Position numbers and translations under genes: made by a program. DNA of 64,000 nucleotides from Stylophora pistillata (lineage: Eukaryota): NCBI RefSeq assembly GCF_002571385.2, contig NW_019217812.1:199021-263020 (forward strand), given 5' to 3'. Below, piece after piece: positions 61,938 to 64,000 of this stretch. The notes beneath the pieces are model-generated. The model searched no databases. It was not told where the DNA came from and was given only the letters and a program-made list of their open reading frames with translations. How positions within the stretch are numbered: the first letter of the stretch is position 1; every line of letters starts with the position of its first letter.

Positions 61938-63117
61938 TCAAAGACCGCTGCCACCAGACACACCATAGTAGCTTTTTGCCAGCCTTTGAAACTGTTCGAG
62001 GAAGATAAACGTTAGAACGGTGTGCGGACCAAGACGGAAATAGTATGGTGTAAATCCTTTCCACAACGCGAAAATCCCTTCCTGACGGATCACTCTTACA
62101 AAAACGTCCTGAAACAAAAGCAAAAGAGAGAAATAATATTAAGTAATTCACCACGCTTTTTCTCCACTTCAGAGTCTACTTGTGGATTACTGTGAGGACC
62201 AAAAACTTGCCGCCGGTAGAGGGAAATTGGGCCTTCCGGCTATAGATGTGTGAAAGAAATTGGAAAAAGAAAAAGATAAAATACATGTCTGATGGACTTT
62301 GAACACAAAAGTGGCTACAGATAAATAATAATATTCGAAAAGGGTTCATCGCATTTCTTGAGATAATTAACTTTACAGACCCTTACCAGAGCTCCACGAT
62401 ATTCAGGTTTTCCATCGACAATCTTCATATTTTGAATCCTACGAAAAGGTTGAAATGAGTAATGCGTAATGACTCAAACGCTATTAAAACAATTACTTAA
62501 AAATGAAAGTTTCAATGTTATTTTGCTACCAAATCCTTCTAATTCTCTCGGGTTATAATTCTACAGCAACTCTAAGATGAATACGTATATACTCAATTTC
62601 TTTAACTTTAACAAGAATAGTTTTCACTAACCTAGTCTTGGCGATATCTACAGGCATAGAAGCTAACGTAGTCGCCAAACCACTTATCATACTGGCTACG
62701 AAGTGGCACAGCAAATCATCTCTAAAATAAGCTGAAAACACAAACAATAATGTTTAAATTTATTTCAAAACTAATATGATCTTATAGTAAGCTCGAGGTG
62801 CAGAAAAGTGACCTAAAATCCTATACGTGATCATCTCATATAAACACGGACGTTTTACTTCTGCACGCCAAATGCACCATCACACATAAAAATTATGTCA
62901 TGTATTTAAGATCTTGTTAAAGGCACTGAAAAGTAAGGAAACTAGGGTTTTAAATTCTTTTGGGTTAATAACATGTCCGCAGTTAGAAGTCATTAGGGCT
63001 GAAAGGATTCTATAATTTCAACAAACCTGTGGAAAGTAAGCTTTGTTTAGCTTGAGAGTATGTCGCCAGCTGTGCTGCATTCACAACAACAGCTCGAACA
63101 ACAGTTGGCCCACATCC
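61938..63117 (-). CDS. SLC25A11: Mitochondrial 2-oxoglutarate/malate carrier, last four exons (5' part not in window)
   Basis: GCGPTVVRAVVVNAAQLATYSQAKQ | CHFVASMISGLATTLASMPVDIAKTR | IQNMKIVDGKPEYRGAL | FALWKGFTPYYFRLGPHTVLTFIFLEQ. Confidence 0.93.
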
Positions 63118-64000
63118 CTACAAAAGAGTACAAAATAAAGTAAAGCACTGAGACGCCTGTCTGCCAGATATCTACAAATGAGCTTTGTTAAGCTAAGGGT
63201 TGTCAACATTTTACAGCCCTTAAATTAAGTTGGATTAGCAAATACATAAACAGCATGCTGGGGTTAATGAATCCGTTTGTATCAAATCATTCTTACCCTC
63301 CAAAGAGTCAGAATTCCTTCCTCTTTAGTTATTCTGTACAAGGCATTAAACACACTTGTGTATTTGCGCTGTTGTTCTACCGGAAGCCTGTTAAATACAG
63401 TAAAGAATTTACGTCAACAGAATTGGTCCAGTCATGCCTATTAACAAGCAGTTTCCAGGATAGTTGAGTTGAAGGGCAGCATAATTTTTCTTTATTTTCT
63501 ACTTTTGTATATTGGTTATTAATGCTTGATCGCAGCAAAACATCTTTGCTCAAAAAAAGAGAGGTGAGCAAACAAACTGTCTGCATTTTTAAAAATATTT
63601 TTTACGGTGGTGAATAGACGTAGTTTCAGTAATTCAAGGGTTCTATGTTACTTCCCCCTCTTCCTTCTTATTTCCACTAGTGCATCTCTGGTGATGGGCT
63701 CTTGTAAGTAACGTCAGCTTTCATAAGAAATTCGTTTGAATAAAAGCTGATTAATAAAAGTCACTTACGCTTACCAAAATCTACAAGCAAACGTGACCTG
63801 TAGTTTAAAAAATGTAGTTTTTAGCAGTCCTCTCACTCAAGGAGCAAACAGTGCACTGTTGCACCCACATGGTTTCAATTAGAGAGGGAGGATAAAAAAG
63901 ATTGTCAAGTTAGATTTGGATACTTTCTTTACACAATTATAATACTCATCACTAAGTGAACAATGCAGAGTCCAGTCTTGGTGAGTTACAACTCTCATTG

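Overview
Eukaryotic, intron-rich, AT-rich genomic DNA. The gene set and repeat types suggest an anthozoan cnidarian, probably a stony coral (inference). Host genes in order: a multi-exon protein with a Cys-rich domain, 7 thrombospondin type-1 repeats and a C-terminal SUEL-type lectin (+); NMRAL1 (-); two diverged two-exon UBIAD1-like prenyltransferases (+); INTS11 (-, about 26 exons), head-to-head with CPTP (+); an ETS1-class factor (-); an intronless canonical UBIAD1 (-); a Shaker/Kv1 channel (-); and the 3' exons of SLC25A11 (-). Mobile DNA includes LINE, Penelope, DIRS, Crypton and Mutator-like remnants, tRNA-derived SINEs, palindromic MITEs and two hammerhead-ribozyme-type motifs. Most notable: (1) three UBIAD1 paralogs, one with a degenerate first Asp-rich motif; (2) one SINE body carrying four different 3' tails, all joined at the same G-quadruplex motif; (3) a young inverted tandem array of tRNA-like Pol III units; (4) a 468-bp perfect palindrome with a hammerhead core in its loop, next to an assembly gap; (5) an INTS11-CPTP divergent pair matching the human arrangement. 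Exon structures were read by eye from splice signals and frame continuity. No database searches were run.
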